NCBI RefSeq assembly: GCF_006345805.1
Contig: NC_043003.1
Location: forward strand, 12,214,001-12,278,000
Reading direction: 5' to 3'
Source: Octopus sinensis
Lineage: Eukaryota
Length of the DNA: 64,000 nucleotides
Below, piece by piece: positions 12,160 through 24,925 of this stretch; the first letter of the stretch is position 1, and the number at the start of each line of letters is the position of its first letter. The notes below the pieces were generated by a model. The model was given only the letters and a program-made list of their open reading frames with translations, was not told the origin of the DNA and did not search any database. Both the position numbers and the translations under genes were made by a program.

Positions 12160-12560
12160 GTGTAGACATCATAGTTGTATGGTGAAGAAGTTTGCTTTGC
12201 AACCATGTGGTTTCTGGTTCAGTCCCACTGCTCAGCATTTTGAGCAAGTGTCTTCTACTATAACTCTAGACTGACTAATGCTTTGTGAGTGAATTGTCTC
12301 TCTCTATCTCTGTCTCTCTCTCTCACACAAACACACAGATGTGTGTGTTTGTGTTTATCCTCCCGCCATTGCTTGACAACTGATGTTGGTTTGTTTACAT
12401 CCCCATAACTTAGTGGTTTAGCTAAAGAGACTGATAGAATAAACACCAGACTTAAAAATAAGTACTGGGGTCAATTTGTTCAACTAAACCCTTCAAGGTG
12501 GTGCTCCAGCATGACTGGAGTTCAGTGACAGAAACAAGTAAAAAGTAAATGAATAAAATA
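12160..12560 (+). mobile_element. tRNA-derived SINE family A
   Basis: Collinear with the full-length copy at 14042-14446. Confidence 0.8.
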
Positions 12561-12562
12561 TA

Positions 12563-12925
12563 AACAAGAGCACCCAGAGAGTGCAAATCTCCACCAAGGC
12601 TACATCAACGTCCTCTCAATGATTAGCTGGAGATGATTTTTTAAATGAGAATATCTGAAATAAACTTGACTGCTCTCACAAACGAAAATACTAAAAATGA
12701 CCCTGACCACTCTCAAAAATTAATTAAAAAAAAAAAACGGGAAAATAATCCAGAATCCTTGTCCGGTAGTGAATCAATCCCCAAATCTAGTCAGTTTGTG
12801 CCAGTCTCGAGGCCAAACATCCCTGAAAGTTTCATCCAAATCCATCCAGCAGTTCTTGAGATATCTTGTCAAACAAACACCGCTGAAAACAATACCTCCA
12901 CCTTTGCTAAGGCAGAGGTAATAAA
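12563..12925 (+). mobile_element. Non-autonomous Helentron/HINE-like element
   Basis: 5' AACAAGAGC..ATCTCCACCAAGGC; 3' hairpin ACCTCCACCTT-TGCT-AAGGCAGAGGT-AATAA, the subTIR plus 3' stem-loop layout. Confidence 0.6.
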
Positions 12926-13154
12926 ACAAGAGTATTGTGAGTGTGTGTTTGTGTGCATGCTTGCATTACATTGAATTGATACATCCACATAGCTGCATAG
13001 TTTATTTTCAACTAAAAGAAACTGATTGAGATAAATGTCCTCAATATCTAATGAAATTTTTGTATTGGTCACTAAAATTTGTTATTTTTTAATAACTGTA
13101 CTGGAGAAAATCTATTCTTTAATTGATTTTCTTACTTTCATTTTGGCTTTACAG

Positions 13155-13209
13155 AATTTTGCTCAAAGCATTTTACAAGCTTTGTCTTCAAAAAGAATGG
13201 CAAGAGAAT
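13155..13209 (+). CDS. Internal coding exon of unidentified host gene (NFAQSILQALSSKRMARE-)
   Basis: Strong acceptor TTTTCTTACTTTCATTTTGGCTTTACAG|, donor |GTTAGT. 55 bp, phase 0 to 1; the final T plus GT of exon 24726 gives TGT (Cys) and an open frame. Confidence 0.6.
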
Positions 13210-13941
13210 GTTAGTGCGATTTGAAATTTCTTTTCTTATTTTCGGTTTCTCACTTTCTACTCCCCATACATTGTACTCATAAAATAATTGTACTCTCTTG
13301 TACAAATAATATTTTTTTCATTTTAAACTTTTTAAAATATGACAATAGCCGAGGAAGATTTCTCAGTAAATGTCAAAATGTTATGCCTAACAATTGAAAA
13401 ATTCTTGTAAGCAAGTGACTTACTTAAATTTGCAGTTACGTCTATATAATGTTATGTCTGTTTTCTTTGGGGTATTTGTAATAGACTTTTGTAGCTGTCT
13501 TTTCAACCAAATATCAGATTATTTGTTAATAATTTTCTTCTTATTTTCAACATCATTATTTCAAAGAATTTTCTTTGAATTGTCTGCATTTGCAAATATG
13601 AAAAGTGTAACAATACTTTTCAGACTCATGAAAATAATGATATTGAATTAATCTGAAATATATCTTTGATTCAAGTTATCGACATTTTACTCTTCTTTTT
13701 CCATGTCAGCATGGGTTGATGACTTTGCTGTATATCAAACCTTCACTTGCTTTCTTCATACACCATCTTGTTTTTGTGGCTCAACATTTTGAGATCTGAC
13801 CTCGTTAATTCCTCTTCTCATTTCCTCCTTGATCTTTTTCTGTTATGAGTACTTTCTAGTGACAGCACAACACTTTTTAACCCAGTGCCCATTATTTATT
13901 AACATAGTCGTCTTTCTTCTTCTCTCTCTCTCTCTCTCTCT

Positions 13942-13997
13942 ATCATCATCATCATCATCATCATCGTTTAGCGTCCGCTAAACGATGATGATGATGA

Positions 13998-14001
<4 letters not shown>
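13942..14001. repeat. Two RTE 3' tails fused in inverted orientation (hairpin)
   Basis: (ATC)n-GTTTAGCG-TC-CGCTAAAC-(GAT)n; perfect stem 13948-14001 with a 2-nt loop. Confidence 0.85.
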
Positions 14002-14041
<40 letters not shown>

Positions 14042-14044
<3 letters not shown>

Positions 14045-14446
14045 CGTAAGAGTGGCTGTGTGGTGAGTAGCTTGCTTACAAACCACTTGGTTCTGGGTTC
14101 AGTCCCACTGTGTGGCACCTTGGGCAGGTGTCTTCAACTATAGCCTCAGGCCGACCAAAGCCTTGTGAGTGGATTTGTTAGACGGAAACTGGAAGAAGCC
14201 TGTTGTATATATATATTATATATATATATATATGTGTGTGTGTGTCTGTGTTTGTCCCCCCAATATCACTTGACATCCAATACTGGTGTTTTTACGTCCC
14301 CGTAACTTAGCGGTTCGACAAAAGAGACTGATAGAATAAGTACTAGGCTTACAAAGAATAAGTCCTGGGGTCGATTTGGTCGACTAAAGGCAGTGCTCCA
14401 GCATGGCTACATTAAAATGACTGAAACAAGTAAAAGAGTAAAAGAT
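14042..14446 (+). mobile_element. Full-length tRNA-derived SINE family A
   Basis: Head AGGCGTAAGAGTGGCTGTGTGG..GGGTTCAGTCCC; GGCACCTTGGGCAGG core-like box; internal (TA/TG)n; 3' CATGGC..ACTGAAACAAGTAAAAGAGT. Confidence 0.9.
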
Positions 14447-14812
14447 ATATATATCAAACCTGTCACTTCACCACTTGTTGTATTTGGCATTTATCCCCCC
14501 ACACAAACAATCACGCATACATATACACACACATAGACACGAATGCAGTTATATACATACACACACATAGGCACTCAATCTCATTGGCAAAAGCAAACAA
14601 TACATACGACTTGCACTCTGTCACTCCCCTATTCTTAGAACTTGCCCCTTCCAACCATTTTTGAACTCTTGAACTTTTTAGAATCTTATCCATCCAACCA
14701 ATTTTGAAGTCACTGCTTATAACGGAATATTTTAAAGAAACTCTCATTATCACTATGGACCCCGTGTGGGCAGTCATCTAAAAGTTTTTGTTCATCATGA
14801 TGCTGACATAAG

Positions 14813-14911
14813 TTCCTTGTCTTTGCTGATGAGAAGACGGCATAATGCACCCTTTATTCCTTCGGAATTAAGAATATGCAGTCTTCGAAACATGTGTCGA
14901 GCATAAAGGAA
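14813..14911 (+). ncRNA. Type-I hammerhead ribozyme motif with long stem II (stem I partly decayed)
   Basis: CTGATGA 14826-32; stem II GAAGAC/GTCTTC (14833-38/14881-86) extended by GCATA/TATGC; GAAA 14887-90; C-ATGT-G-TC^ (14898); distal stem I TTCCTT/AAGGAA. Confidence 0.6.
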
Positions 14912-14959
14912 TTTTGTTAAATCGTCGTTCGACTCCATTCTTTCATTATCTATGTATAT

Positions 14960-15018
<59 letters not shown>

Positions 15019-15337
15019 TGGATGATACCTTAATATCACACTATATTCTCAGCTCACCTGTGTTCTGTCTTCTATACAAGTTAACATAACACATCCTGTG
15101 GATTGTACTCAACACATTTTGTTTTCCTTATGATCACTTCCATGTTTAGTACATAGACTTCATACAATCTGTCAGAGAAAGAAAACTTTTGATGACAACA
15201 GAGGTAATAGACCCCTGAACTTCCATCACCTCTTTCATACACTAGTTACTTTATGAGCTAACAAAGGAGACTCTACCCAGCCATTCAAACTGTTAGAAAT
15301 AGCAGTCAAGTTTTTTTCAAATGACATTTTACTATAA

Positions 15338-15485
15338 GGTGGTGAGCTGGCAGAATTGTTAGCACACTGGATAAAATACATTGTGGCATTTTGTGTCTAC
15401 ATTCTGAGTTCAGATTCCACTGAGGTGTACTTTGCCTTTCATCCTTTTGGGGTTGATGAAATAAGTACTAGTTAAAGACTGGGTA
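15338..15485 (+). mobile_element. SINE family C (5' part)
   Basis: GGTGGTGAGCTGGCAGAATTGTTAGCAC..TTCTGAGTTCAGATTCC..CTTTGCCTTTCATCCTTTTGGGG. Confidence 0.8.
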
Positions 15486-15689
15486 GAGAGGATTATTTTA
15501 AGGTTACTTACATTAATTTGATGGCAACAGTCAACTAAAGAGTTAAATGCAAATTTAAAATAGTATTTGTAAGAATTTTAAGAAGCATCGAGAAATATTT
15601 AGATTTCAAATGAGTAGGAGTGGTCATTATTGGAGGTAACTGCAATACTAAATTCCTTAGTGAACTTAGTGTTAACTCTCAATTTGTAA

Positions 15690-16600
15690 AAGGTATCTCT
15701 CTGCATGGTTTACACGACTCTCACAAATTATTCATCTGCATCTAGTTTTCTTCAACCACCAAACTACAAAATATGGTCACATATCAAAAGCTTTTCCATC
15801 TTAAGGAGCATTAGTTATAATTCCTTTGTCCTAGCTGAGAAACCCTGTAATTTTCTCACCAGGAAGAGGGTATCAGTGGTACCTAGTCCTTGCACAAATC
15901 TGAACTGCTTCTCGTCTGTACTAATCCGTTTCCTAATTAGTTGTGCTATAACTCCTGTTCTTTCACAGCTGAGTTCAGCCTCTTCCATAATTGACTTCTT
16001 TGCAGAGCATCTCTTTTACCTTTGCAACAGTTAACGACGACATTGCTGTGCTAACCTGATTGATTTTGTGACTGACTAACATATAGTTTACTTCTCTTGT
16101 TTATTTTCAGGATCATCATCATCATCATCATCGTTTAACATCTATTTTCCATGCTGGCATGGGTTGGACAGTTCGACAGGGGTCTGGGAAGGCAGGTGGC
16201 TGCACATGACTCTCCAATCTGATATGGCAGTGTTTCTACAGCTGGATGCCCTTCCTAACGCCAACCACTCTGGGAGTGTAGTGGGTGCTTTTTACGTGCC
16301 ACCAGCACACGGGCCAGAGGGAGTGGCATCGACCACATTTGGATGGTGCTTTTACATGCTACCAGCACAAAAACCAGAGGGGGCTGGCATTGACCACATT
16401 TGGATGGTGCTTTTACGTGCCTCTATATCCTTAATCTCGCTTTCAGCTATATAGCTATCAACTTCAATAACTGATCCTCTATTTAACATAGACTCTGACT
16501 GTCTGTCTCCCTTCCTGGCATTCTCCTTATTCAGCAATCTTTCATAGTAGTGTTCCCAAGCCTACTTTACCATTCAACTACCATATCACCGTCAAACCAG
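15690..16600 (-). mobile_element. Degenerate RTE RT fragments (15690-16060, 16420-16600) with an RTE 3'-UTR copy inserted (16112-16420)
   Basis: Reverse translation gives WEHYYERLLNKEN and VVNCCKGKRDAL; the inserted piece has a (CAT)n tail and 60-bp UTR repeats. Confidence 0.75.
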
Positions 16601-18014
16601 CTGAAACCTTTCTTCAGCCATAGGTCTAGTCAATGGCTTACAACAGAAACTTGTGGAAACTCCCAGTTGTTCTGCTATAATCCTTCACCATAGGCATCAA
16701 CTCATAAATCTTTGAACAAGGGGAAATAAATCATTCTAGTCAGTTAATGTACACAAATGTCTTATCGATTTTGTTTAGGCAAACTTAAAATACTTTCTTA
16801 ATATTTTTTTATTATAAAAATATTTTTGTTTATTTTATTTGAAAATGATCCTTTAACCTTAAAATGTTTCACTTATTCTATTGCTGTACAATTCCCATAA
16901 TGATGACATATTTGTTATCTATCATTTTCAAAATAAAAAAAAAAAATTAAAGTTCCTAATTGTTTTCTGTACATTTAGTGAATTGTGTGATATTCAACAT
17001 ATTGTATCTTTGCAACTTATCAACTGGGTCCCCAGTTACATTTGTAATAAATGCATTAAAAAGAAACAACTTCCCAGACAACAGAAAATTCTCAATACCT
17101 CTATCTCAAATCCCTAACCTTGCCATTATTTGGAAAGTTTACTATCATTATAGTTTGTCATCGTCATCATCACCATTTAATATCTTTTTTTCCATGCTGG
17201 CATGGGTTGTGCATGTATAAAACATGTTTGTATATTTATACTATTTGTATAAATAAATATATCACTTTTACCTAATACTGAAGTAGTTTCTTCTAACTTT
17301 TTGCATAATTTCTGCTTCGTTATATTAATGTTGATATTTTAATGCAATACTGAAAATTCCTGCAAAGTTGTTAGAAAGATACAAAAGTAGATTCTTTGTG
17401 TCATACAAGGTTGTTGTTTTTTTCCCCCCTGAATAGTAATAGGGATTAAAAAAAAAATAGAGTATCTGAATTCTCAATGAAACAAAGTAATAATTCTTTT
17501 TCGGAAAAATAAGTATTAAATGTAATAGAGAGCAGAACATGAACAGTTCTAAAATAAGCTGACATAATCAGTGTTGTGAATAAATTTAACACTCTAAGTA
17601 AAGCAGAGACAAAATGTCGGTTTGATAATGGTTGATTATTATAGACAATATATATACATATCTGTTGAATACAAAAGAAATTACACAGCTTTAATTTTGC
17701 AAATTCCTTTCCAGTGTACTCTCAGCCACCTCCTGAGAAACAAAAATTTTCTGGTAAGGCATTGAATCAATTTCCTTTAAGAACAGCACACCTTCTCTTT
17801 TTTCCATATTTGCTTACTCAGCTATCATTGTTTCATCACTTTCAATGAAATATTAAAAGTCTTAGCTTATACATGCACTAATTTCGTAGTTTACCATCAT
17901 AATTTCAATAAATTAAGTATTCATTACATGCAACTGAAGCTGTAATATATTAAAATAACCATCTGTGTGACATAATGTAAATACATCACAAAAAGTAATT
18001 TTACTATGGTGTTT

Positions 18015-18445
18015 CATCATCATCATCATCATTTAACTTCTGCTTTCCATGCTGGCATGGGTTGGACAGTTTGACTGAGGACTGGCAAGTCAGGAGGTTG
18101 CACCAGGCTCCAATCTGATCTGGCAAGGTTTCTACAGTTGGATGCCCTTCCTAACACTAACCACTCTGAGAGTGTTGTGGGTGCTTTTTACATGTCACTG
18201 GCACAGGAGTCAGTCAGGCGGCACTGGGATCAGCTATGCTCGAATGATGTTTTTTACATGCCACTGGCATCAGCCACACTCGAATGGTGCTTTTTATATG
18301 ACACTGGCACAGATGCCAGTTAGGTGGCACTGGCATTGGCCACGCTCAAATGATGCTTTTTATGTGCCACTGGCACAGGTGCCAGTCAGGCAGTACTGGC
18401 ATCAACCACACTCGAATATCTCTCATGGGACATGCCACATTTAAA
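18015..18445 (-). mobile_element. 5'-truncated RTE copy (3' UTR only)
   Basis: (CAT)n-TTAAC..TTTCCATGCTGGCATGGGTTGGAC..GGATGCCCTTCCTAAC followed by 4-5 degenerate ~60-bp repeats. Confidence 0.85.
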
Positions 18446-20855
18446 AATGCAATATGTATTGGAGGCAGAAGGAAATCATCCTAGCAGTGGCTGTTAAGAA
18501 TGCTACATGCATTTCTGTATCATTGGGCATTGTCAGTAGCGTGTACTCACAATAAATACATGCTCAGATGAAATCTGTCCCTACTGACACAGAAAAACTG
18601 TGAATGAACAATCACCAGTATTGTGAATAGCCACATGGCTGAACAATAATCCATTATGTGCAACAGAAATAGCAGTAATAATAGATTAAAATAGTTATCT
18701 CATGTAAAAACACTGCAAAAAGCATATTTACTGCAGAATTGCATGTCTAACATTCTCATCAGCTGCTACTAGGATGATTTTCATCTGCCCCTGATAAATA
18801 TTATGCTTTAAATGCTGTAAGACCACGAGCGATATCCCTGGACAAATATTACAGTAAAATAAATTTTGTTTTTCATGAATTTTGTTTTACACTAAGTATG
18901 AACACAGATGGTTAAATTAGTTATTATTATGACATTAATTGATATAAATTAAAGAGAGCAGTTTATGAAATGGTTGACAATGGTGATGGAAACATGTTAG
19001 CAACATCTTTATTGTTATTCAGCCCTAATTCCACTCCGTTCCAGTAAACCTACTGTCCGTGGAGCGCCAGTCCTAAGAATCCTGCCCTTTACTTGGGTAT
19101 TTATGTATCTATAATGTGAAAGCTAGTTAATAAACAGCTTGGGCAGTGTCTTCAAAGGAAATTATTTTCCATTTAATCTCATTTGTAATTCATATATGAG
19201 AATATAATGGAGTAATAAAGGTTTTTCTGTTTTTTTTTTTCTTCTTCAAGTTGAACAGAAAATATCTGTGATGGAACATCACATGCTTACTTTGTCATTT
19301 TTGTTATACTAACATGTCTTCAACTAATATGCTTCTAATAACTTATCTAACCACTTCTTTTTTCACTCCTTGTGCTTTCGTTTATATTTCTAATTGCACA
19401 TTCTTTTTTTTTTTTAAATATTTTAATTTTCAGAAAATTTCCTGTAGGAAGTAAAATTTTATTCTAGTTGCAAAATATGTACACTTACACCACCACCACC
19501 GTCATCATCATCATCATCATCATCATCCACTTTTCCACTCTTACATGGGTCAGGCAGAATTTCGTAAGGCAGATTTTCTATGGCCAGTTGCCCTTACCAG
19601 GATGCCTTCACATGGATGCCCTTACCATGCAAGATAGCACTTCCTTCTTACTGGACATGTTTTCATGAAAGAGTTTAAACAATGGAACTGCAATTTTTGG
19701 TAAACAACTAGATCTTTTTAAATGAGTTGATTACTTCAAGAAGCTGATCACTAATGTTCTTTGAACAAATATAAAAATTGCCTGATTGTTGACCACTTAA
19801 AATTCACAAATACACTTGATAGCATCATCAAGAAATTAATCAGGGTTAATGATTGCAATCAATCACCCACTAAGATAAGGTCTTTCAAGAAGAGAAGAAG
19901 TTGATGGGAGAAAGGAACCGGTGCGACATCTCATCAGCTGCTATTTGGCAATCAGCTGTTAGATTTGTCTAATATGAAGACCTGAAACACAAAAGATCTG
20001 AAATGCTACTGATTTAAAAACTATTTATATGTTTTGGCAGATGACACTCCCCCACTCTCTCTCTCATAATTACAGAAGTAGTCTACCCCATTGTATAAAA
20101 AGATTTTTTCCCCACCCCTCTGTAGTTCCTTGTTGGACCATCATGCCCAATTCAGTCTTAGAAATAGACAACATATGGATGAGAAGCAGAAGTCTTAACT
20201 TCTTTCGTCTATTCATTTACTCCCACCATTCATTTTTTTGAAAAATCTTATGTTTTGGAAGGATTTTTATTGAATATCATTTTTAAAGTTTATTCCTTTG
20301 TTATATTATTTTATGGAGAGTTAACATTTATTTTTATTCATTAATTTAAAATTTGAATACCTGTTAAGCAAGTCTGACATAAAAGCATTATAACTATTTT
20401 AAATATTTAAAAATTTAATTGTAACTTTAAAAACTTGTTAACAATAATTTTAACTTACAAACAATATTTAACTTCAATTCAAACAATAGCTTGTAGATAT
20501 TCTTAATAATTTGTCACACTGAAAAAAAAAAATGCTAATTATTTTACTTCTAAAATAACTTTAAAAGCTAATGCAATTTATGACTAAACTACCTGAAGCT
20601 TTTAAATATAAATTTTTCATAATAATTACAGCTAATTTTTTTCCAGCAATCAGGAAAGTATATTAACCAGTTGATTATATTACTTCAAATCTGATAAATA
20701 TTTATTTAATAATCAGATTGATAAAATATTGCTTTTGATGTTCATGCTAAGCACTATTATTGTTAATTCAAATATTGTTATATATGTATTACAACAACAA
20801 TTTGTTTCTACCTTTAAATAATCTACAGTATTTCCACAAACATTTCAAAGCATAT

Positions 20856-21205
20856 TCATCATCATCATCATCATCATCATCATTTAACGTCCGTTTTCCA
20901 TGCTAGCATGGGTTGGACAGTTCGACCGGGGTCTGGGAAGCCAGGAGGCTGCATCAGGCTCCAGTCTGATCTGGCAGTGTTTCTACTGCTGGATGCCCTT
21001 CCTAACACCAACCACTCCGTGAGTGTAGTGGGTGCTTTTTACATTCCAGGGGAGGCTGGCATCGACCACGATCAGTTGGTGCTTTTTATGTGCCACCGAC
21101 ACAGAAGCCAGTCAAGGCGGCACTGGCATCGGCCACATACGGATAGTGCTTTTTAGGTGCCAGGGTAGGCTGGCAACAGCCACGATCAGTTGGTGCTTTT
21201 TGACT
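20856..21205 (-). mobile_element. 5'-truncated RTE copy (3' UTR only)
   Basis: Same terminal sequence as 53500-53709, reverse orientation. Confidence 0.9.
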
Positions 21206-22659
21206 AGTTTAAATTCTTTCTCAAATTAAGAGAATTGATATTGCCTGTAAAACACATGCACTGGTTCTGTTTCACTTCTTCACTCAATAGGTTAATCATT
21301 CAGTTAGTCAATCAGTTATGTTTGTCAAAGTCCTTGTGGCACCATTCACTGGTTCTTCAAGGACATACTCTTTGTAACATCAGGTCAGTTTGAGATCAGT
21401 CTCAGCTATAACTATAGGTGGTTTGTACACTTGGTATTTAAATTGATTTTGATAGGAGAGGAGAAATTTCCAAAGGAATGCAAATCTAGTGTAAAAGATT
21501 GGGTTAAATGTTTAGCATGATGGTTGGGGTAAATGTATTTGAACAGAAATGGAAGTTCAGCTCTTGACATTGTATTGGTGAGTGTGGTTTTGTTGTTGTT
21601 TGAGTGGTTTTGTTGTTGTTTAGTCCAAGGTTAGCCATCCCTCTTTGAGCAGACCCATGACCTTTATATGGGGTGAGGAGGATAGCTATCAGATACTACA
21701 TTATTCAGTATATTTCACTTTCCCTTAAGACAGTAGGGCATGATTTAAAGGAGACTCAGCTGCTATTTCTAGCATGTACAGGCCCCTCTGTTGGCTTGTT
21801 GAGAGAATGGAAGTTATTATTGTAGTTATTGTTATTCAGCCTGAGGTCAGCTCTGATGAAACAAAATCATGATCAAAGACATTCCAGCTTGACTGTCCCA
21901 TATTTATTATATGGCAGGGACTACATTGCTCACTATGTCTCTCTCTCCTCAAAGGTGATACAAAGTAATTTGAAGATTTGGCTGTCATTTCTGCCAGATT
22001 GAGAGATCACATTGAGGTTACTTCATTAGCTCAAGTGCATTCTTGTTTGTCAAATAAGTGAGAGAGAGTGAATGAGAAGTGAAAGAGAGAGAGAGTGTGT
22101 GTGTGTGTGTTGTAGTATATTTTAGTGCAGTGTGTATTTGTATTTTATAAATGCTCAGCAGGTTTTTAGTTACAAAATATTTATTGGAAAAACCACAACT
22201 TCAACTGTACTTATCAACTGTTTATTTAGCTTAATTCATCTAAATACTGGTGGTGCACACACAATGCAATTTGAACTTGAAAGTTCTTTACCATTTCTTA
22301 GAAATATATTTCCTAATTTCATTATAGCAGGGAATGAAAATCCAGTCTGTTTTAACCTCTGTCTGAAATCTAGTGTATGGCACTCTGCTGTTATTACATT
22401 TAAGACCTATATCCTTGACTTAACTGGATGTTTTTGTAGTCTTTACTGCACTAGTTAACATTTAACAGATGGCTTTGAACTTAGCAACCTCTTTTATTTT
22501 TCCTTTTATTCAATATTCTATAAACGTAGGGCTCGTATATAATAGTATGATAAACGTATATTAACATATAAGGTTTCTTTCCAGTACTTGATAAAATTTT
22601 AAAATAAAATTACTTTGATTCAATTTTCATTCTCTTATATAATATTTAATATTGATTTC

Positions 22660-23975
22660 AAATTTTGGGCCAAAACCAACAAGTTCGGGGAAGAGGGTAA
22701 GTCAGTTACATCGACCCCAGTACTCAACTGGTACTCTATTTATCAACCCTGAAAAAATTAAAAGCAGTTGACCTTGGTGGAATTTGAACTCAGAATGTGA
22801 AGATGAACGAAATGTTGCTAAACATGTTGCCTGACATGATTGGTATTTAATATTAAATTCTGTTTATAATTAAGGAAATGAAAGAGTACAAAAATAAAAG
22901 CAAAAAGAAAAGTTTAATTTAAAATATATGTTACATTCTATATACGGGTATGTAAAAAGGTGTTGTACAACGTTCTGGAAGCCTGATAAGGAACCATAAT
23001 TTCAGATGCCTTAAATTTAGAGAAATGGTCAGCTGTACTAAATGTACAGGAATAGTTAATGATAAGACATCTGGGAAATAAATCCCATGAAGGCTTCAGT
23101 TATCTCACCAGATGTAGTTGATAATTTGTGTTAATTAAGTCACTTAACGAGTAGTGGAGATAGACTGTTATAGTGAAAGTTATAGTGAAAAAAAAGGCTC
23201 CAATACATAAGGAAAAAAAGGGAAGGCTATCTGCAAATGAAAGAAGTGTGATGCTGTATGGGACATGATTGGTAGTAAATATGCAGTCTTCAGAATAGGT
23301 GCAGGCATAGCTGTGGGGTTAAAAAGCTTGTTTTGCTACCATGTGGTTTTGGGTTCGATCCCAGTGTAGTCTGGGACAAGGCTGACCAATACCTTGTGAA
23401 TGTGGTGGATGGAAATGGTATGGAAGCCTGTCATATATATGCGTGTGTATGTGTATATCTTTGTATTTGTCCCACTGTTGCTGCTTGACAACTAGTGTTA
23501 GTTTGTTTACATCCCTGTAGCTTTGTGGCTTGGCAAAAAGACCAGTTGAATAAGTATCAGGCTTTAAAAAAGAAGTACGTTGGGTGGGTGGGCAATTTGT
23601 GCAACTTACCCCTAAGCCTTTCAAGGTGGTGCTGTAGCATGGTGACAATTCAATAACTGAATCAAGTAAAATGTAAAACAAGAATCTAGGAAGAAATGAA
23701 ATGTATATATGTTGGCTATAGATTAAATCAATGTTCAGTTGAAAAGGGCATTTAGCCTTTTTTTTTTTCTATTCTAGCAGAAGGCCTGAAATTTTGGGGG
23801 AGGAGGCCAGTCGATTAGATTGATCCCAGTATGCAAGTGGTACTTAATTTATCAAACCCGAAAGGATGAAAGGCAAAGTTGACCTCAGTGGAATTTGAAC
23901 TCAGAACGTAAAAACAGACGAAATACCGCTAAGCATTTCACCCAGTGTGCTAACGTTTCTGCCAGCTCGCCACCT
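22660..23975. mobile_element. SINE cluster: C(-) ~22660-22830, A(+) ~23300-23685, C(-) ~23775-23975
   Basis: Diagnostic family motifs as above. Confidence 0.8.
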
Positions 23976-24725
23976 AGCCATTATGCGCAGGAGATGTGGT
24001 TGCTTTGGCTTGCTCTATTAAACTAAAAAGTATCAAAACGTAAATCATAGCAGAAAGACCTGAGAAAGGAAAGACAGGTCTGATCAGAGAAGCCCAAACA
24101 TCACATGGTGCAAGATCAAAGGGAATAGCAATATGATGATTCAAACCTTGTCAAACCTGTAAAAATTCAATGTTAAAACTGTCATGATAAAGATACCCTT
24201 AAACCAATAGCAATGTTTAATATATCAGAATGAAATATACTTTTTCAAATATTTCAGTTCTTGTTCATTAATGCTAGAGACAAAATATTTGGTAGCGTGG
24301 GTAGTCGATTATGTCAACCCCAGTGTTCAACTGGTACCTTTTTTTTTTTTGGATTACGTGTCATCTAAGGGCTTCTTTGTTTAAGATGGTAGAGTATGAT
24401 TTTTGGGATGTTTGGTTGCTCTTTCTATATATAGTTTCTCTTGTTAGTTTGGTGTAAAATTTTTGTTTCAGGTGTGGGATTTTCTCTTCAGGTGAGACAC
24501 TTAACTGTCATTGTTTTAAGTCATCATGTTCTATATTCAGCATCAGATCATCAGAAAACCAAATTTGATGTTTGGCTTAGAGATTAGGCAGAGTTGTTTT
24601 TCATTTACTTACCATACAAATCTGATTTCCAAACACTGAAGTTTGAAAGCAGTTGCCTTACTTAGAATATATATCATGTGTTATTAAAACTTTTGAACAT
24701 ATCATTTTTTAAAAATCTTTTTCAG

Positions 24726-24925
24726 GTACAAAACGTGAATATCGAAACAGCAATTTAGCTACAAGACCTACAGTGAAGGGCCGTTTACAGAATGCCAGAG
24801 CTATATTCCTATTGGAAGATTTAAAAGGAACTTTGGAGCAATGTGAAAATAAGCAGCAAATCCTGGATCATGCTTCTTCAAGTGCATTAAAATTTCTAAG
24901 AGAGTGGCTTGAAGATGAAAGTCCG
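24726..24925 (+). CDS. Internal coding exon of unidentified host gene (-TKREYRNSNLATRPTVKGRLQNARAIFLLEDLKGTLEQCENKQQILDHASSSALKFLREWLEDESP)
   Basis: Acceptor AATCTTTTTCAG|, donor CCG|GTGAGA. 200 bp, phase 1 to 0, open frame with protein-like composition in non-repeat DNA. Confidence 0.8.
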
